From Vitrella brassicaformis CCMP3155 (taxonomy: Eukaryota > Protista > Chromerida): a stretch of 64,000 bases of DNA. The notes beneath the pieces are model-generated. The model was not told the DNA's origin and searched no databases. It saw nothing but the letters and a program-made list of their open reading frames with translations. A program made the position numbers and the translations under genes. Shown piece after piece: positions 59,675-64,000 of the stretch (within the stretch, counting starts at the first letter, position 1; each line of letters starts with the position of its first letter). The stretch lies in NCBI GenBank assembly GCA_001179505.1, contig CDMY01000443.1, positions 11,783 through 75,782 of the forward strand, in the 5' to 3' direction.

Positions 59675-62600
59675 CATGCATTACAAAGAGATCTCCACAC
59701 ATCGGCGAGTCAGGCAGGACGTCGGCATAGCCATGGACAGTCAGTCGTCTGTACGCACAAATCGTTCACCACCCACCACACCGTGTCGACGCTCACAAAT
59801 AGAGTCACACGCTCATGCGCCAGTCGTGCACACCCAACTCACACCCAACTGACACCGACCGCTCCGGAGCTTATGAGAGCCGGACAGCCGTGAAGGGAAA
59901 GGAAAGAGCCCTCCCCAACTGGATGGATGACTCTCAGTCATCCGCCGCCATGTGTCCACCCCCACTCCACCCTCACAGACACCGCCCCGTTGGTCACCCA
60001 CTGCATGCATTGATGGATGGCAGCCATCCATCCACAGATACCCACACCACAGCACTCTCCTGCCCCGACATACACCACACGTCACGGACCGACGCCCCAC
60101 AGACGATGCATTGATGGATGGATAGACGCAAAAGCAATCATCGCAGAAACCAACCAATGTTGGCGAACCAGACGGAGCCCACCACACGACATCACACGAC
60201 ACCACGACAAACGGCAATCGACCGACCGACCACTCCAACAGACACACACCCAACACAGAGAGACGAAAGACGTCCCCCACTTATGCGATGGACAGACAGA
60301 CAGCCACGGTCGGTCGAGAGTCAGTCCTCACGTACGTCGCCAGTTGTGTGTGGGGAGGGTGCAAGCAGCAAGAGACTGCTGACGGCATGGACGGGCGCTC
60401 GATGGGTTAGAAAGACAGACAGAACACAGAGGAAGGACACACAACACTCACACAGACAGCCAGACAGCCATACGAGAGACGTAGGTCGGTAAGTGCGCTG
60501 CTCGGCATTCAATCAAGCCAGTGCCGAGCAGCAGAATAGACTAGGGGAACGGACAGCCGGCCAGACGGAGAGGGGACGACCGAATCGACACACACACGCC
60601 GCCAGCACAACACTACAGAAGCATCATGGCACGACCCACACACACTCCAGCGCCCCCGCCACTCTCTGGTCTTTTCCGTCACGCGCAATCGCACAAAGGC
60701 GGTCGAGAAAAGTCCATATATCCGTTACACACAGACAGGTGGAATAAGCAAACCCCATCCATCCATCCATCCGACGAGGCAGCCATGGGTTGGGCAGTGA
60801 CGCCAGCGAGGGCTCCGTGGCGGCCGCAGATGACGCTCTCCTTCGTCGAGTGAAGAGCTCAGGGAGGAGAGGCGCAAGCTTGGTGGCGCCGATGGATAGG
60901 ATAACGTCTGTGGCAGAGGAAGCAGGCTGACAGTTTGACCGCACTGGTACGGTGTTTTCTCGGTTTTGTTCGTACCAGCATCAGGGTGCTGTTTGGTCGT
61001 GAGCAAAGGGCGTTCTTGTCGGTCCGCCCGCACAGATGCAGTCCGTCCTACAAACAGCACGCTGTCTGTCTGCAAGGAAGATTCTCCCAAGTGGCGGCTG
61101 GGACGGCTTGTCGAGTGAGAATGAGCGGTGCTAAGCCAGGGCGTCATGCCAGAGATTGGTGTCTCTCTGCATGGACACACACACATAGAAGATGTGCAGA
61201 TCCTGAGCCATTCATCCATCCATCCACGTGTGCTTACGATTTGCGAGTGACATGGCCGCTTGGGAAAGGCCAATGACCCTAACACTACGTCGGATTGGCC
61301 ACGACCAGCACACGGGGACGGGCAATGAGCACTCGCGCATGTGGCGGACTGGCGAACAAAACACAGAGATGGACAGAAAGCCATGGGACGCGACACACGT
61401 GTGTGGGGGGGGTTGGGGCTTTGGGGATTGCTTACGGCTTGGTCATAGAGTGAGGTACAGTGCTGGTNNNNNNNNNNNNNNNNNNNNNNNNNNNNNNNNN
61501 NNNNNNNNNNNNNNNNNNNNNNNNNNNNNNNNNNNNNNNNNNNNNNNNNNNNNNNNNNNNNNNNNNNNNNNNNNNNNNNNNNNNNNNNNNNNNNNNNNNN
61601 NNNNNNNNNNNNNNNNNNNNNNNNNNNNNNNNNNNNNNNNNNNNNNNNNNNNNNNNNNNNNNNNNNNNNNNNNNNNNNNNNNNNNNNNNNNNNNNNNNNN
61701 NNNNNNNNNNNNNNNNNNNNNNNNNNNNNNNNNNNNNNNNNNNNNNNNNNNNNNNNNNNNNNNNNNNACCCAACACAGAGAGACGAAAGACGTCCCCCAC
61801 TTATGCGATGGACAGACAGACAGCCACGGTCGGTCGAGAGTCAGTCCTCACGTACGTCGCCAGTTGTGTGTGGGGAGGGTGCAAGCAGCAAGAGACTGCT
61901 GACGGCATGGACGGGCGCTCGATGGGTTATAAAGACAGACAGAACACAGAGGAAGGACACACAACACTCACACAGACAGCCAGACAGCCATACGAGAGAC
62001 GTAGGTCGGTCAGTGAGCTGCTCGGCATTCAATCAAGCCAGTGCCGAGCAGCAGAACAGACTAGGGGAACGGACAGCCGGCCAGACGGAGAGGGGACGAC
62101 CGAATCGACACATACACGCCGCCAGCACAACACTACAGAAGCATCATGGCACGACCCACACACACTCCAGCGCCCCCGCCACTCTCTGGTCTTCGCAATC
62201 GCACAAAGGCGGTCATGAAAAGTCCATATATCCGTTACACACAGACAGGTGGAATAAGCAAACCCCATCCATCCATCCATCCGACGAGGCAGCCATGGGT
62301 TGGGCGGTGACGCCAGCGAGGGCTCCGTGGCGGCCGCAGATAACGCTTTCCTTCGTCGAGTGAAGAGCTCAGGGAGGAGAGGTGCAAGCTTGGTGGCGCC
62401 GGTGGATAGGATAACGTCTGTGGCAGAGGAAGCAGGCTGACAGTTTGACCGCACTGGTACGGTGTTTTCTCGGTTTTGTTCGTACCAGCATCAGGGTGCT
62501 GTTTGGTCGTGAGCAAAGGGCGTTCTTGTCGGTCCGCCCGCACAGATGCAGTCCGTCCTACAAACAGCACGCTGTCTGTCTGCAAGGAAGATTCTCCCAA

Positions 62601-64000
62601 GTGGCGGCTGGGACGGCTTGTCGAGTGAGAATGAGCGGTGCTAAGCCAGGGCGTCATGCCAGAGATTGGTGTCTCTCTGCATGGACACACACACATAGAA
62701 GATGTGCAGATCCTGAGCCATTCATCCATCCATCCACGTGTGCTTACGATTTGCGAGTGACATGGCCGCTTGGGAAAGGCCAATGACCCTAACACTACGT
62801 CGGATTGGCCACGACCAGCACACGGGGACGGGCAATGAGCACTCGCGCATGTGGCGGACTGGCGAACAAAACACAGAGATGGACAGAAAGCCATGGGACG
62901 CGACACACGTGTGTGGGGGGGGTTGGGGCTTTGGGGATTGCTTACGGCTTGGTCATAGAGTGAGGTACAGTGCTGGTCGGGAGCCACAGGGAGGGCATGT
63001 GTGTTGTGTGTGGGTGGGCGAGACGATTGTCGAAGCGACTACGCCTCCCTCCCACACCACACACATCGCCTGAGCCATCCCGGGTGATGGACGGGATACG
63101 GCCGAAGCAGCCTTCCCCCGCCCATCGTGGGCTGGCTCGGACGACTGACATGGCCCACCTGCCAAGGCACGCACACACGAGACACACCGGTGGTCACAGC
63201 TTGGTGCGTCCAGTGCTCCCTCACGTACCTTCTCAAGGTTGCACATATCAACCCGCCTCGGCACGAGCTCTTTGGTGACCATCGCCGCCCCGTACGCAGT
63301 CGATTCGTCGGCCACATCCCCTCCGACTCCCATAATGCGCTGCCCGATGCGGTCACCGTTGCCGGTGGTCGGTGCCGGTGGCTGTGCCTGGCCAGCGGCA
63401 GCAGCAGCAGCAGCAGCTGGGACGAGAGACGGAATTGGTGCGGCAAGCTTCTGCTGCTTCAACTGCGGTGCGGGGGGTGGATCGATGACGCCGGCCTTCC
63501 TGGGCACCTCACGCGGGCGGGCCGATGGCGCGATCGAGGGATGGTGAGTGGCGCCAGGGTCTGGTTGGCTTCGTTATGGACCGACCATGTGTATCATCTG
63601 ATTGATGGACCGACACAGATGGATGGATGGATGGATGGTCGACTGTTATGATGCAGCATGTAATTACTTACCTTTTGGTAGAGTAAAGGACCGCGAGGCG
63701 AACCGGGGCGCTTTGTATCCCCCCACACAATTGGCCCGTCTTGACATAGGCGTTGTGCCTGTTGGACAACACATCAACCAAAGGGTGCGTGCAGTGCCGT
63801 CGTGTCTGCGTCTCGTGTGTGGGTGGTGCATACGTGCGATGTACGTGGTTGCGCGTCGGTGAGCCCGTGCAGTAGGCAATAGCAATATCAGTCACAACAA
63901 ATCGATCTGCAGAAAGAGGGCGAGACCACACACAACACGATGGATGACACACGGACGCATACACGCGTTAGTCGCGAGCGCGTTAAGGTCCGTACCAGCT
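59675..64000 (-). repeat. Right arm of the inverted repeat, containing an internal direct duplication across a gap (60250-61467 approximately equals 61768-62967); runs off the window end
   Basis: Direct sequence comparison. The duplicated copies differ by small indels (for example tggtcttttccgtcacgcgcaatc versus tggtcttcgcaatc). Confidence 0.92.

Noticed and set aside
47484-64000. Autonomous transposon (Polinton, Mutator, LTR) as the explanation for the inverted repeat
   Set aside because: No transposase, integrase, reverse transcriptase or DNA polymerase motifs and no target-site duplication are visible. It is kept only as an unexplained inverted repeat.

Overview
This is eukaryotic, GC-rich, intron-dense nuclear DNA. 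The short GT-AG introns full of (CA)n, (GACA)n and (CATC)n microsatellites and the lineage-specific gene families suggest the chromerid alveolate Vitrella brassicaformis or a close relative (inferred, not verified). About 16 spliced genes can be supported. A housekeeping core is arranged mostly as head-to-head pairs: METTL16, TVP38/TMEM64-like, NASP, kinesin-10/KIF22, an ARMH1-like protein, a uridine kinase-UPRT fusion, MRS2, a CDV3-like protein and SMU1. Two oppositely oriented clusters of an atypical protein-kinase-like family bracket this core (about 5.3-9.1 kb on minus, about 38.2-46.3 kb on plus). A fragment of a bacterial-adhesin-like repeat follows the right cluster. A roughly 10 kb block is enclosed by a long inverted repeat (about 47.5-49.7 kb versus 59.7-64 kb). 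It holds a small orphan gene, an NPL4-like gene with four apparent single-base frameshifts and a signal-peptide-like leader, and an otubain-type deubiquitinase fused to RING-like fingers with a downstream GYF-like exon. Nine 300-N gaps occur, mostly inside the repeats, so copy numbers are uncertain. The most interesting signals are: polarised complementary (AC)/(GT) repeats at intron ends, the OTU-RING architecture, the decayed and possibly plastid-targeted NPL4, and the inverted-repeat-bounded block. All protein assignments come from reading translations by eye; no searches were run.
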